A DNA stretch of 64,000 bases from an uncultured Planctomycetaceae bacterium (GCA_963785305.1 CAWAUV010000006.1:64001-128000), one strand, 5' to 3'; numbered from the stretch's first letter, positions 44,388 to 55,504 are shown. Numbers and translations: made by a program. Notes: generated by a model from the letters alone, not told the origin.

Positions 44388-45617
44388 GTGAACACACTCA
44401 AGCCGCTATTGATCGTCGCCATTGTCGGCGGCATTGGCTACGGCGCCTGGAGCCGACTAAATCGCAAGCCCGACAACCTGCAAGGCTGGGATTCCACGCC
44501 CACGGTGCAGCTCAGCGATCCAAACACCAATTGGTCGCCCGGCGCGACGCCCGCCGCCCCGGCCGCTGGCGCCGAAGCGCCCCCGACGTTCGGCGGACTC
44601 GCGACCGCGGCGCCGGATGGCGCGCTGCCCACGGCGCCCGATCCGGGGAGCCCAGCGACACCGCCCGTCGATCCAAGCCTGACCGCCAGTGGGCAGCCGG
44701 CCGCGGCCGCGCCGCCATTTGGAAATCCCGCGCCCGAATCCGCCACGGGATCGTCGACAAACCCTGTCGGGCCTGGAGCGAGCGGCGCGGATCCAGCAAG
44801 CGCCGCCGCGGGAATGGCGGGCACGGCGGGCTCTCCCGCCGAAACAGGCGCGCCCCCGGCCGGCTATCCCCAAACCGGATCGCCAGCCGCCGACGCCACC
44901 GGCGCGGCCGTGGCCAGCCCCTTCGGCCCGGTGCTCGACCGCGCGCGGCAGGAGCTCGACGCCGGCCTCTTGGCCGAGGGTCTGCTGCAACTCTCGGCCT
45001 GGTACGACAATCCTCAGCTTGCGACCGGCGAACAGCAGCAACTCAACGAACTGCTCGATCAGGTGGCCGGGGCCGTGGTCTATTCGAATCGGCCCTATGG
45101 CGAACCGCTCCACGAGATTCAGCCCGGCGATCGGCTCGACGACATCGCGGCCCGCTACAGTGTGTCACCGCAATTGCTCGCCAAGATCAATGGCATCGAA
45201 GACACGCAAAACCTGCGTCCCGGCGAGCGAATCAAAGTGCTCCGCGGCCCGTTCGAAGCCTCGATCAGCCTCGGAAAAAAAATGCTCGTGCTCTGGGTCG
45301 GCGGCAGCTATGCCGGCCGGTTCCGGGTCGGCTTCGGACGCGACTGGCCGCCGCGCGAAGGGCCCTATACGGTTGAAAACAAAATGGTGAATCCGGTCTA
45401 TCAGGGACAAAATCGTCAGATCGAGGGCGGCGATCCCAGCAATCCGCTCGGCGCCCGCTGGATCGGACTCGCCGGCGGCTATGGCATCCACGGAACCAAC
45501 GATCCGAACCAGCTCGATAGCCCGGAGCTCGCCGGGTGCATTGCCATGAGTCCGCGCGATCTCGAGGATGTATACGATATTCTCACGATCGGCTCCCGGG
45601 TGACGATCCATCCCTGA
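44388..45617 (+). CDS. LysM + L,D-transpeptidase (YkuD) domain protein
   Basis: HEIQPGDRLDDIAARY LysM; NPLGARWIGL, GIHGTN...GCIAM. Confidence 0.88.
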   Translation: MNTLKPLLIVAIVGGIGYGAWSRLNRKPDNLQGWDSTPTVQLSDPNTNWSPGATPAAPAAGAEAPPTFGGLATAAPDGALPTAPDPGSPATPPVDPSLTASGQPAAAAPPFGNPAPESATGSSTNPVGPGASGADPASAAAGMAGTAGSPAETGAPPAGYPQTGSPAADATGAAVASPFGPVLDRARQELDAGLLAEGLLQLSAWYDNPQLATGEQQQLNELLDQVAGAVVYSNRPYGEPLHEIQPGDRLDDIAARYSVSPQLLAKINGIEDTQNLRPGERIKVLRGPFEASISLGKKMLVLWVGGSYAGRFRVGFGRDWPPREGPYTVENKMVNPVYQGQNRQIEGGDPSNPLGARWIGLAGGYGIHGTNDPNQLDSPELAGCIAMSPRDLEDVYDILTIGSRVTIHP

Positions 45618-45825
45618 CGAACATTCCTGGCGATCGCCGCGATCGCTTCCGACTTTCGCACGCCGTTCCGCGCTCGCTCGGCCCTTCGCCTTCGGTCGCC
45701 GACGTTTGATCCGAACATCGCGACCGGCTACTTTCGCCCTTTGCCGCCACATGGTATAGAACCGACTGCGGCGATGGCTGCGATCCTCGGCAACGGTTTT
45801 TTCAACTCATAGGACAAACGCGCGC

Positions 45826-46377
45826 GTGTACGACAAACAGCAACTCATGGACCTGATGCGCGCCCGGGCGCTGCGGTTCGGCCAATTTACGCTCGCTTCG
45901 GGCAAGCAAGCGAGTTACTACCTCGACGGCAAGCAGATCACGCTCGACTCGAGCGGCGCCCGGCTGATCGCCGACGGTATCTTGGACCTGCTTGCCGATC
46001 GAATGCCCGACGCCGTGGGCGGCATGGCGATCGGGGCCGATCCGATCACGGCCGCCGTGGTGACGATGGCCGGCGTGCGCGGGCTGCCGCTGCGGGGCTT
46101 CATGGTGCGCAAGGAAGCCAAGGGACATGGCGCCAAGCAATTCGTCGAGGGGCCTGTCAAGGCGGGCGATCGGGTCGTGATTGTCGAAGACGTGGTCACC
46201 ACTGGCGGCTCCTCGCTGATGGCGATCGATCGCGTGGAGTCGGTCGGCTTGGTGGTCGAGCGGGTCATCGCCATCATCGATCGGCTCGAGGGCGGGGCGG
46301 CGGCGTTTGCCGCGCGCGGCATTCCGCTCGAAAGCTTGCTCTCGATTCGCGACTTCGGCATCGAACCGCCGACCTGA
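45826..46377 (+). CDS. pyrE: Orotate phosphoribosyltransferase
   Basis: FTLASG...YYLDGK, RKEAKGHG, VEDVVTTGGS. Confidence 0.96.
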   Translation: MYDKQQLMDLMRARALRFGQFTLASGKQASYYLDGKQITLDSSGARLIADGILDLLADRMPDAVGGMAIGADPITAAVVTMAGVRGLPLRGFMVRKEAKGHGAKQFVEGPVKAGDRVVIVEDVVTTGGSSLMAIDRVESVGLVVERVIAIIDRLEGGAAAFAARGIPLESLLSIRDFGIEPPT

Positions 46378-46433
46378 AGTCGGCTCGAATCGTTTCGAAC
46401 AACTCGCGCTCGCCTTGCGGAAGCCGCCATCCG

Positions 46434-47120
46434 ATGGAAACCTCGCTGCATCGCGACCTAAAATCGCACTATGCCGGGCCGGGCCAAAAGGTGGAAGTTC
46501 GCGTCGGCGAATTTCGTGTCGACGCCGTGCGCGGCCGGCAACTCATTGAAATCCAACACGGCTCGCTGTCGGCCATTCGCGACAAAGTGCGGCGGCTATC
46601 GGCCGAGCGATCGGTGCTGGTCGTCAAGCCGATCGTGGCGCTCAAGACCCTCGTGAAAGTCGGCGAGAGCGGCGCTGTCTCGCGGCGTTTGAGCCCCAAG
46701 CGGGGACGGCTGCTCGATGTGTTCGACGAGCTGGTCTATTTCATGCGGGTCTTTCCCGGCAAGCGGCTCGCGCTCGAGCTCGCGTTGGTCGAGATCGAAG
46801 AATGGCGGCGGCCCGGCCATGGCCGCCGGCGTCGCTGGCGGCGCGACGACCATGTGGTGGAAGACCGGAAGCTCGTGCGAATTCTCGAAACTCGGCGGAT
46901 CGCGACCGCCGGCGATTTGTGGTCGCTCGTGCCGCGCGGCCTGCCAGCGGAATTTCACACCGGCGACTTGGCGAAATTGCTCGGCGCCCGGCCAGCGGCG
47001 GCCCGAAAGATCGCTTACTGCCTGCGCGCCTGCGGCGCGATCACTCAGATCGGCAAGCGCGGCAATGCGATCCTCTATCAAGCGGCGACCAAGATCGCGG
47101 CGAGCAAAAAGGCCGCTTGA
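46434..47120 (+). CDS. PD-(D/E)XK-like hypothetical protein with C-terminal wHTH
   Basis: METSLHRDLK, FRVDAV...IEIQH; FHTGDLAKLL...KIAYCL. Confidence 0.65.
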   Translation: METSLHRDLKSHYAGPGQKVEVRVGEFRVDAVRGRQLIEIQHGSLSAIRDKVRRLSAERSVLVVKPIVALKTLVKVGESGAVSRRLSPKRGRLLDVFDELVYFMRVFPGKRLALELALVEIEEWRRPGHGRRRRWRRDDHVVEDRKLVRILETRRIATAGDLWSLVPRGLPAEFHTGDLAKLLGARPAAARKIAYCLRACGAITQIGKRGNAILYQAATKIAASKKAA

Positions 47121-47181
47121 GCGCGGTGGCTCGATCTACTGTCGCGGGCCCCATGAGCCGCGAGTCGGCCCGAGCCAGGCA

Positions 47182-48687
47182 TCAGCGGATTTTCTGGTCG
47201 GGTAGTTCTTGTTTCACGCCTTCGTCGCGCGGCATTTTATCATTCGCCGGAGTGACCCCGACGGCCATCATCGCCTGCTCCAGCTCGGCTCGCATCGCGG
47301 TTAGCCGCGCGGCGTGGGTACTATCGACCGCCAGGTTCTTCATCTCGGCTGGGTCGTTTTTCAGATCATAGAGCTCGGCGATGTAGTGTTCGACCGAACC
47401 ATCGCCCGGCGGATAGTGGATGTATTTCCAATCCTTGGTGCGCACTCCGCGCACATTGGGCGTGTAGGGAAACTGCTTCTCGTAGTTGTATTCATAGAAC
47501 CAGCTTTTGCGCCAATTCGAATCGGCCCCGGTGCTGGCCAGCGGAACCCAAGAGCGCCCATGAATCGCCGGAAGAGGCGCCGCGCCGCACACATCGAGCA
47601 CGCTAGGCGCCAAGTCTTCGGTGAGCACTTGCTCATCGACGACGCGCGGCGTCTTAAACCGGCCGGGATACCGCGCGATCAGCGGAATGCGGATGCTGGC
47701 TTCGTGCATCGTGCGCTTGTCGACCATGCCGTCTTCGCCGTTGAGTAAACCATTGTCGCCCAAAAATAGAATGAGCGTGTTTTCGAGTTGACCCGAGGAT
47801 TTGAGAAATTCCAGCATCCGGCCCATGCTATCGTCGACACTGAGCAGGGTCTCCCAATAGGAATGCGTCATCGCCGCGAAATCCTTGACGCCCTCGGGGC
47901 TCGAGTCCGGAAAATTCTTGCGAAAGCTGAACAGCGGCCCATAGATGCCGTGCCAGGTGCTCAGCCGGTCGCGAATCCAGCTCGGCTTGTCGTCGAGCTG
48001 AAACGCGCTCGCCGGGTAGTCGACCTTCACATCGTCGAACACATGTTCGTACTTGGGCTCGGGCGTGTAGAAGCTATGGGTCGCCTTGTGGCCCACGCAC
48101 ATCAGCCAAGGCTTGCCGCCGGGCGGCTGCTCGCGGAGCCAATCGAGCGCCAGGTTCGTGACCACGGTGGTGTAATAACCGGGCAGCACTTTCCGCTCTT
48201 TGCCGTTGAAATTGAATTCCGTGTCGAAGTATTTGCCTTGGCCGCGATGGGTGACGAAATAATCGAAGCCGGGCCGCGGCTCGTCGTTGTTTTCTCCCAT
48301 GTGCCATTTGCCGATGTAGGCGGTCGCGTAGCCGGATTCCTTGAGCCGCTTGGTAAAGGTCGGCATTTCCGCCGGTAGTTCGGTGAAGTTGTTCGTCACA
48401 CCGTGGGCATGGGCATAAAGCCCCGTGAGCAGCGACGCCCGGCTCGGCGAGCAGAGCGACGTGGTGCAAAAGGCGTTGACGAAGCGGACGCCCGTGGCGG
48501 CGAGCCTGTCGATATGCGGAGTCTTCACGACCTTGGAGCCATAGCAGCCGATGGCGTCGGGCCGGAGATCGTCGCACAAGATGTAGAGCACATTCGGCCG
48601 CTTCTCGGCCGCGAGGGCGACTACCGGCCAGGGCGCCAAGCAAGCCATCACCACGCTGAACAACAAAGTTCGAGAAAAAGCCATCAT
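47182..48687 (-). CDS. Sulfatase (formylglycine-dependent)
   Basis: [26 protein letters not shown]; signal peptide. Confidence 0.95.
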   Translation of the reverse strand: MMAFSRTLLFSVVMACLAPWPVVALAAEKRPNVLYILCDDLRPDAIGCYGSKVVKTPHIDRLAATGVRFVNAFCTTSLCSPSRASLLTGLYAHAHGVTNNFTELPAEMPTFTKRLKESGYATAYIGKWHMGENNDEPRPGFDYFVTHRGQGKYFDTEFNFNGKERKVLPGYYTTVVTNLALDWLREQPPGGKPWLMCVGHKATHSFYTPEPKYEHVFDDVKVDYPASAFQLDDKPSWIRDRLSTWHGIYGPLFSFRKNFPDSSPEGVKDFAAMTHSYWETLLSVDDSMGRMLEFLKSSGQLENTLILFLGDNGLLNGEDGMVDKRTMHEASIRIPLIARYPGRFKTPRVVDEQVLTEDLAPSVLDVCGAAPLPAIHGRSWVPLASTGADSNWRKSWFYEYNYEKQFPYTPNVRGVRTKDWKYIHYPPGDGSVEHYIAELYDLKNDPAEMKNLAVDSTHAARLTAMRAELEQAMMAVGVTPANDKMPRDEGVKQELPDQKIR

Positions 48688-48838
48688 TTACCTCGACCGG
48701 AGCTCTGTATGGACGGAAGCGAGCGGATAAAGTCGCGCCAGCGCCTGGGACGCGTCGGCGACGCATTGCAGCAGCCAAGATAAACCACGGCCTCGGACCT
48801 TCGCAAGTTTTTAAAAGCTTGCTCACGAGGCGAAGTGC

Positions 48839-49432
48839 TCACCCGATACAAAACACATCGAGCGAGCGCGGGCCATGGGCCCCGATCACGAGCGACTGTT
48901 CGATGTCCGCCGTCTTCGAGGGGCCGGCGAGAAACGCGCCCCAAGGCGCCTCGGCCGGGCGAATGCGGGCATAGGCTTCGTGCATGTTCGACACCAACTC
49001 CCCGACCGGAATCACCAGCGCCAAGTGCTGCACGATAATATAAATCGCCCGGTGGCGCACGCCGCGCGACGTGACCCAAATCGCGCCGTTTTCGGCCACG
49101 CCAAACTCGCCCGGCATGACCGCCACATCGACATTTTCCAGCGCATGTGGATCGTCGATCGCGGCGAGGTCGACATTCGCCAACCCCAGGCCGGGCACAT
49201 GCGACACCCCGCGCCGCGCTTCCGCGAAGGGGCGCAGGCCGAGCAGCAATTCGTTGGCCGCTTCGATCGTGGGAGCGCGATGCACCCGGGCGCCGATGCT
49301 TTCGAGCACCGTGGTGAACTGCGCGAGCCGGTCGGGATATTCGATCCAGGGGCCGGTCAATTCCGGCGGCGGCGCGGGCGGGCGATCGAGCGCCCGAATC
49401 GCCGCGAGAATGGTTTGTTTGCTGGTCGACAT
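48839..49432 (-). CDS. lutC: LutC / LUD domain protein
   Basis: GVAENGAIW, GPSKTADIEQSLVIGAHGP. Confidence 0.9.
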   Translation of the reverse strand: MSTSKQTILAAIRALDRPPAPPPELTGPWIEYPDRLAQFTTVLESIGARVHRAPTIEAANELLLGLRPFAEARRGVSHVPGLGLANVDLAAIDDPHALENVDVAVMPGEFGVAENGAIWVTSRGVRHRAIYIIVQHLALVIPVGELVSNMHEAYARIRPAEAPWGAFLAGPSKTADIEQSLVIGAHGPRSLDVFCIG

Positions 49433-49440
49433 TGGCGCCA

Positions 49441-50856
49441 TTACTCCCCAGGGCCGACGGAGACCTTTGATCCCGGACTGGGCTCCGCGCTTTCGACCGG
49501 CGGTCGTTCGCGATAGAGCTCGCGAAACGACTTCGACGGCAAGATCGGCAGTTCGCGGTCGAGGCCCCAGGCGTTGAACCGATTGTAGACCAGCCATCGC
49601 GGCGCCAGCGAGCCGAGCCGCCGCGCCCATTTGCCCACGAACGTATACAGCCGGCGTCGCCGAAACAGCCAACCCGCGGCCCGCATTCCCCAGCGCTTGC
49701 TCGGCGCGAGCAGACCCTCTTTCACGAGCTCCTTGCGCCAGGAGAGCAATTGATGATGCAGGTCGATCTTCACCGGACACACATCGGTGCAGGAACCGCA
49801 CAAGCTGCACGCATGTGGCAGCGAGGCATAACGCTTCGCGTCGCGGGCCGGCGAAAGAATCGAGCCGATCGGGCCCGGCACCGTCGAGCTATAGCTATGG
49901 CCCCCACTGCGCCGATACACCGGACACGTGTTCATGCACGCGCCGCAGCGAATGCAATGCAGCGAACGATGAAACTCCGGACTGCCCATGATCTCGGTTC
50001 GGCCATTGTCGACGAGAATAATATGCAGCTCGCCGCCCGGCGCCGGGCCATGAAAATGACTCGTATAGGTGGTGATCGGCTGACCGGTGGCCGAGCGGGC
50101 CAGGAGCCGCGTGAACACGCCCAAGTCGGCGGCTCGTGGAATCAGCTTTTCGATCCCCATCGACGCGATATGCAGCCGCGGCAGCGACACGCCCAGATCG
50201 GCGTTGCCCTCGTTGGTGCAGACCACGAATCCACCGGTGTCGGCAATCGCGAAGTTCACTCCGGTGAGCCCGGCGTCGGCTTGCATGAAGTGCCCGCGCA
50301 GATGGGTGCGCGCGAGTTCGACCAGCACTTGCGGGTCCGATTCGCCCTCCTTCGCGCCGAGTTGCTGGTGGAATAGCTCGCCGATGTCCTCGCGCTTCAG
50401 ATGAATCGCCGGCGCCACGATATGGCTGGGCGGCTGGCCGAGCAACTGCACGATCCGCTCGCCCAGGTCGCTATCGATGACTTGAATGCCGTGGTCTTCG
50501 AGAAACGGGTTCAAATGGCATTCCTCGGTGAGCATCGACTTGCTCTTGATCATCCGGCGGGCATTGTGTCGCTGGAGAATGTCGAGCACGATCTCGTTGT
50601 GCTCGTCGGCGTCGCGGGCCCAATGCACCACGGCGCCCAGACGCGTGGCGTTGGACTCGAACTCTTCGAGATACTCGGCCAGCCGGCTCTGGGCATGGGC
50701 CTTGATTCGCGAAGCTCGCTCGCGGAGCGATTCCCATTCGGGCAAGGCGAGAGCGGCGCGATCGCGCTTGCTTCGGGCCGACCACAGGGTTTGGTCGTGC
50801 CAGGCGGCGCGGGGGGCGTTGCGCAGGAAGGCGGCGGCTTTGGTGGCGTGGTTCAT
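49441..50856 (-). CDS. lutB: Lactate utilization Fe-S protein B
   Basis: KSKSMLTEE, CIRCGACMNTCPVY, CSLCGSCTDVCPV. Confidence 0.93.
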   Translation of the reverse strand: MNHATKAAAFLRNAPRAAWHDQTLWSARSKRDRAALALPEWESLRERASRIKAHAQSRLAEYLEEFESNATRLGAVVHWARDADEHNEIVLDILQRHNARRMIKSKSMLTEECHLNPFLEDHGIQVIDSDLGERIVQLLGQPPSHIVAPAIHLKREDIGELFHQQLGAKEGESDPQVLVELARTHLRGHFMQADAGLTGVNFAIADTGGFVVCTNEGNADLGVSLPRLHIASMGIEKLIPRAADLGVFTRLLARSATGQPITTYTSHFHGPAPGGELHIILVDNGRTEIMGSPEFHRSLHCIRCGACMNTCPVYRRSGGHSYSSTVPGPIGSILSPARDAKRYASLPHACSLCGSCTDVCPVKIDLHHQLLSWRKELVKEGLLAPSKRWGMRAAGWLFRRRRLYTFVGKWARRLGSLAPRWLVYNRFNAWGLDRELPILPSKSFRELYRERPPVESAEPSPGSKVSVGPGE

Positions 50857-51600
50857 ACAGGGCGTCCGGCGAGGATTTCGGCAATGTGCATTACGCGAAG
50901 CGGAATCTTGCGGCGCCGGATCAACCCTTCGAGATGCATCAGGCACGACATATCGTTGGCCGTGAGCACCTGGGCGCCGGCTTGCTGGTGATCGGCAATG
51001 CGGTCGAGCCCCATCGAGGCCGAGACCGCCGCCTCGCTCACGGCAAAGGTGCCGCCGAAGCCGCAGCATTCATCAACGCGGCGCAGCTCCACGATCTCGA
51101 TGCCCTCGAGCCGCTCGAGCAGCGAGCGGCACTTTATTGAAGCCGGGAATCATCAACTCGCTCGATTTGCCGAGCCGCAGTTCACGGAGCCCATGGCAAC
51201 TTTGATGCAGCCCGACCCGATAGGGAAACCGCCCGGCGATCCGGTCGGCCCCGCCGAAAGCGACCAGAAATTCGCAAAGCTCGAAGGTCTTGGCCTTGAG
51301 GGCCAGATATCGTGGATCGTCGTGAAAGAATTCTTCGTAGTGGTTGCGAACCATGGATACGCATGAACCGCTCGGAGCGACCACGTAGTCGAATGGCTCG
51401 AAAATCGCGAGAAACCGCTCGGCCAGCGGCCGGGCATCGCTCCAGCAGCCGGTATTGGCCATCGGCTGGCCGCAGCAGGTCTGCTCCCGCGGAAACACGA
51501 CCTGGCAGCCGGCGCGCTCGAGCAGTTCGAGCGCGGCCATGCCCACCTGGGGATACAATTGATCGACGTAGCACGGAATGAACAGACCAACCGAAGGCAT
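50853..51600 (-). CDS. lutA: Lactate utilization protein A (frameshift near 51125)
   Basis: FIPCYVDQLYP, QTCCGQP, CCGFGGTF, DMSCLMHL. Confidence 0.9.
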
Positions 51601-51647
51601 CGAATTCGCCAGGGCGCCGGGGTGGGAGCAATCGAACAACCGCTTTA

Positions 51648-51742
51648 AAGCCTATCCGAGAACTTCGGTGAGCCCTCACCCTACCCTCTTCCAAGTGGGG
51701 AGAGGGCCCGAGTGGGGAGAGGGAGTGTTTTCGGATAGACTC
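51648..51742. repeat. REP-containing miniature inverted-repeat element, copy D (internal duplication)
   Basis: AAGCCTATCCGA...TCGGATAGACTC with TTA on both sides; AGTGGGGAGAGGG occurs twice. Confidence 0.8.
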
Positions 51743-51838
51743 TTAATATAATACCCCGCGAGCATGCGAGGGAAGCGCCCCCAGGTCGCCCGTGGCGGGG
51801 GAACTCCGCAAACGAACAATGCCAGGGAACGCGTCGCC

Positions 51839-52117
51839 ATGGAAATGCCGTTTTTTTCCGCGAGTCGGGCTTGGAAGATCGTCGGCCTCGGAATCGCGCT
51901 GGCGATGTCGGGCGTGGCGTTTGCGATCACGCAAAACCAAGCCCTGGTCGCCCCGAGCCTCGTGGCGCTCAAGTTCGAGCATGTGCCCTCGAAGGTGATC
52001 GGCGGCCCGCAAGAATATGCCGTGACTCAAGCCACGATCGACCTGCTGACCCGGCTGATGAAGGAGAAGAAACACGTCACGCTCGAAAACAACGGCGCGC
52101 TGACGGTCCCGAACTGA
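51839..52117 (+). CDS. Small secreted hypothetical protein
   Basis: Signal-like KIVGLGIALAMSGVAFA. Confidence 0.55.
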   Translation: MEMPFFSASRAWKIVGLGIALAMSGVAFAITQNQALVAPSLVALKFEHVPSKVIGGPQEYAVTQATIDLLTRLMKEKKHVTLENNGALTVPN

Positions 52118-52152
52118 TCGGGCCGCCGTGCCTTGTTCCCGCGCGGGGCGGA

Positions 52153-52533
52153 TCATCGTTTTTTCGACTCGCGGTAATGAGGCGATTCGGCGAGCGTGAG
52201 CACGACAATCTCCTCGGCTGTCACGGTGCTGATATCGTGGTGCATGCTGATGACTCGGACGTCGGTGACATCGAGCACCATCGATTCAATGATCGGCCGC
52301 GCCGTCTCGATCAACTGCGTGCGCACTTGTTTGAGCAGCTCTCTTCCCTTCTCGGGTGGGAAGGTCTTGACGAGTTGCTGTTCCGCTTCCGTCAGCACGC
52401 CTTGCAGACGCACGACGAGCAGGTCGCCGATCAAATGGGTGTGGATCTTCTTGGGGCCGCGGCCCATGTATTCCTGCTCGAACCGCGTGATCACGTCGCA
52501 AATGGCGGCTTCGATCTCCCCTTGCGTTTTCAT
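52153..52533 (-). CDS. DUF2294 / MpsC family protein
   Basis: MKTQGEIEAAIC...EYMGRGPK...GVLTEAE...LLKQVRTQL...HHDISTVTAE. Confidence 0.9.
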   Translation of the reverse strand: MKTQGEIEAAICDVITRFEQEYMGRGPKKIHTHLIGDLLVVRLQGVLTEAEQQLVKTFPPEKGRELLKQVRTQLIETARPIIESMVLDVTDVRVISMHHDISTVTAEEIVVLTLAESPHYRESKKR

Positions 52534-52671
52534 GGCGGTTCGCCCCATTGTCGCTTCGGCTCGCAAAAGATCGTTCGCTCCGAACGACAGTGAATTGAAA
52601 TCGGAGCGCCAATCGCCGCCTTCAAGTAGGATAGCAAAAACACGAGCGTCCCGCGTTCCGCAATTCCTTAG

Positions 52672-52856
52672 TTCAAGTTTCGCGTTTTTTGCTAGCACTC
52701 GAATCGCCGATTTCTCGTGGGTTTTGCACAGTTTGACGGCCGAACTGCCAATTTTTGCATGTTACCGAGAGGCCGAAGGTTGCCGGAAACGCGCCGAAAT
52801 CGGAGAAACCACGACGAATCGGGCTATCGGAACTTTTGAAAACCGCGAAAGTCGAA
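52672..52856. mobile_element. 185-bp MITE (copy 2)
   Basis: 5-bp TSD CTTAG (52667-52671, 52857-52861); exact reverse complement of 11321-11505 by eye. Confidence 0.95.
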
Positions 52857-52881
52857 CTTAGCGAGTAGGGGGATTTACTGA

Positions 52882-52909
52882 TTGCATTCGTGATTCAGGG
52901 TCGTACAAT
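52882..52909 (+). promoter_or_regulatory. Sigma70-like promoter
   Basis: TTGCAT-N16-TACAAT upstream of the structured leader. Confidence 0.6.
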
Positions 52910-52974
52910 CGACGGGACACGTTCATGAATGATGTGCTGGCGAAGGCTGGCGTGTCGCGTGAGCGTCGTCGGAA

Positions 52975-53074
52975 GACTAGATAAAGAGCCGTCTGGCCAG
53001 CGCCAGAAAGCTCATTAGAGAGTAAGCCGGCGTGGTGGAAGGCCCTTGGGCCTCCGTCACGCCGGCTTTTTTTT
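52975..53074 (+). ncRNA. Candidate cis-regulatory leader RNA with intrinsic terminator (copy 1)
   Basis: GACTAG..GAGC..CTGGC CAGC GCCAG..GCTC..GAGTAAGCCGGCGTG...CACGCCGGC-T8; lies between promoter and DUF2294 gene. Confidence 0.7.
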
Positions 53075-53152
53075 GTTTATTTTTTTATCGGCGGCGGCGG
53101 TTTTCGCCTTCGGCGGTAGGCAGTTTTGGCGGATTCCGCCAGGAAGCCGGTT

Positions 53153-53590
53153 ATGGAACAGCCCACTCCGACGATGGCTCAGCAGGTGGCGAACGCCGCG
53201 AGCGTGTTTCAACAAGAGCGCACCGGCCATGCGCCCCAGGCCGTGACCGTGGTGCTCAGCGAAAACACCCTGGTAATCACGCTTCATGGCGCCTTGTCGG
53301 CGGCCGAGGTGGCGTTGGCCAAGAGCCCGTCGGGCGCCGCGCAAGTGCAGGATTTTCACCGGCAATTGTTCGCCAGTTCCTCCGAGTCACTGCGGCAAGA
53401 AATCAAACGAATCACGGGCGTGGATGTGCGCGAATCGATGGCCGAGGTCGAGCCGAACACCGGCACGGTGGTGCAAGTGTTTACCACCGGGACCATGGTA
53501 CAGGTGTTCTTGCTCGCCCACGGACTCCCGGCGGGGGCTTGGGACGCAAGCGGCCCCGTCGCTCCGCTAACGCCGGGATCGCCCGCTTGA
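53153..53590 (+). CDS. DUF2294 / MpsC family protein
   Basis: FQQERTGHAPQAV...LHGALSAAE...FHRQLF...IKRITGVDV. Confidence 0.85.
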   Translation: MEQPTPTMAQQVANAASVFQQERTGHAPQAVTVVLSENTLVITLHGALSAAEVALAKSPSGAAQVQDFHRQLFASSSESLRQEIKRITGVDVRESMAEVEPNTGTVVQVFTTGTMVQVFLLAHGLPAGAWDASGPVAPLTPGSPA

Positions 53591-53732
53591 ATAGCACGAA
53601 ACGAGCCCGCGACAAACTACTCGCGACCCGCGGTTGCCAACAAGCTGCGGCGACGCGCGAGCCCCCGCGACCGGGAAGGCTGGGGACCGATCGGTTCCCG
53701 GGCGAAATTGGCCGCGATGGAAGGATTGAGCC

Positions 53733-55303
53733 ATGAGTTCAGACAAGTCGGTCCAACGCACCCAAACCGCCCCCTCGTCGCAAGAACTGGGTGAGCGATT
53801 CGACCTCTTGGCGACGGGCGCCAAGGAGTATTCGCTGTTCCTGGTCGATCACGGAGGTCATGTGCTTTGCTGGAACGCGGGAGCGGAACGGATGCTCGGC
53901 TATCCGTCGCACGAAATCATCGGACAGCACTTTTCCCGCTTTTTTTCGCCCGACGACCTTCTCACTGGCCTGCCCGAACACGAGTTGCAAAATGCATTGC
54001 TCGATGGTCGGTCCGATTCCGCTTGCTGGCAGGTTCGCAAGGACGGCACGCGATTTTGGTGCCGGACAACCGTGACGGCGCTGCAAGATCGGTCCAAACA
54101 ATCTCGATCGTTCGCCAAGGTAATTCACGACCTCACCGAAAGCGACGCGATGCGCGACCAGCGGAAGCGCGCCGATGGCCTCGCCGAAGCGAACCGGAGC
54201 AAGGAAGAATTCATGGCGTTGCTGTCCCACGAGCTGCGGAGTCCGCTCTCTCCCATTCTCAACGCGCTGAACATTCTTCGGCAAATCCGGACGAACGACC
54301 CCATCATCGAGCAGGCCGAAAACATCATCGATCGTCAGGTAGGCGTCATGGCTCGATTGGTCGACGACTTGCTCGATATCACCCGAATCACCAAGGGTAA
54401 ATTGCGGCTGACGAAAGAGCATGTGGAGCTGCGCCGAGTGATCAACGACGCCGCCGAGAGTGTCCGCCCGCTGATGGACGCGCAAGCACGAATTCTCGGT
54501 GTCGCTTCCCACCAAACCGCTGTGGGTCGAGGCCGATCCGGCTCGCCTGGAGCAGGTGGTGGTGAACTTGCTGAACAATGCGGCGAAGTACACCGACCCA
54601 GGCGGACTCATTCGGATGACGGTCGACCAGGAAGGCGCCGAGGCGGTGGTGCGCGTGCGCAACAATGGCGTCGGTATCGCCCCGGAGATGCTCCCGCATG
54701 TCTTTGAATTGTTCACGCAAGTCGATGGATCGCTCGGTCGCTCCTACGGCGGCTTGGGCATTGGGCTGGCTCTCGCGCGCAACCTCGTGGAAATGCACGA
54801 TGGAAGATTGCAGGTCTCGAGCGGCGGCTTGGGCAAAGGCTGCGAATTCACGGTAAAATTGCCGCTTTTATCGAACCCGCCGCGGGTCGAATCAAAGACC
54901 GTGCTCGAGCAGGGCGAGCCCGCGAATCGGCCATTGCGCGTGTTGATCGTGGAAGACAACGTGGACGCCGGCGACACATTGAGCATGTTGCTGCGGTTAC
55001 ATGGACATGAGGTTCAATTGGCGCGCTCCGGCCCCTCGGCGCTGGAACTGGCCGCGATCTCCCGGCCCGACGTGGTGCTGCTGGACATTGGCTTGCCGGG
55101 CATGGACGGCTATCAGGTGGCGACGAAATTGCGCGAGACCGGAATTCAAGGATGTGGTGATGTGCGCGCTGACCGGCTTCACGCCCAGCGAATCCGATCG
55201 CCAGCGTCAGCAGGAAACGGGGTTCGATCATTACTACGTCAAACCCGTGAGCCTGCCGAAATTGCTCGAGTTGTTCAAAGGCATCGGGGCGCCGACGAAA
55301 TGA
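53733..55303 (+). CDS. PAS hybrid sensor histidine kinase / response regulator (frameshifts near 54480 and 55140)
   Basis: WNAGAERMLGY PAS; LSHELRSPL; NLLNNAAKYT; GGLGIGL; LLDIGLPGMDG. Confidence 0.9.
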
Positions 55304-55504
55304 CCGCCGGACCTTCGGCATGGCGGACCACGCCCTGTGAAGCAAAGTCGTTTCGACCGCGCTATCCAAACGATCGACAAGACTCGAAACCGACCAGGCC
55401 ACGATCATTTACGACCGAGAATATTGCTTACGATGCGGTAATGTTCGTTTCTTTTCCCGCTAAAAACAATGAATCGCGTCAAATGCAATGCAGTCGATGG
55501 CGAT

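Noticed and set aside
52975..53074. ANTAR target or a riboswitch class I recognise
   Set aside because: Loops lack the ANTAR A1/G4 hexaloop pattern, no ANTAR protein is nearby, and I recognise no T-box, c-di-GMP, fluoride, SAM, TPP or cobalamin consensus; an Rfam search is still needed.
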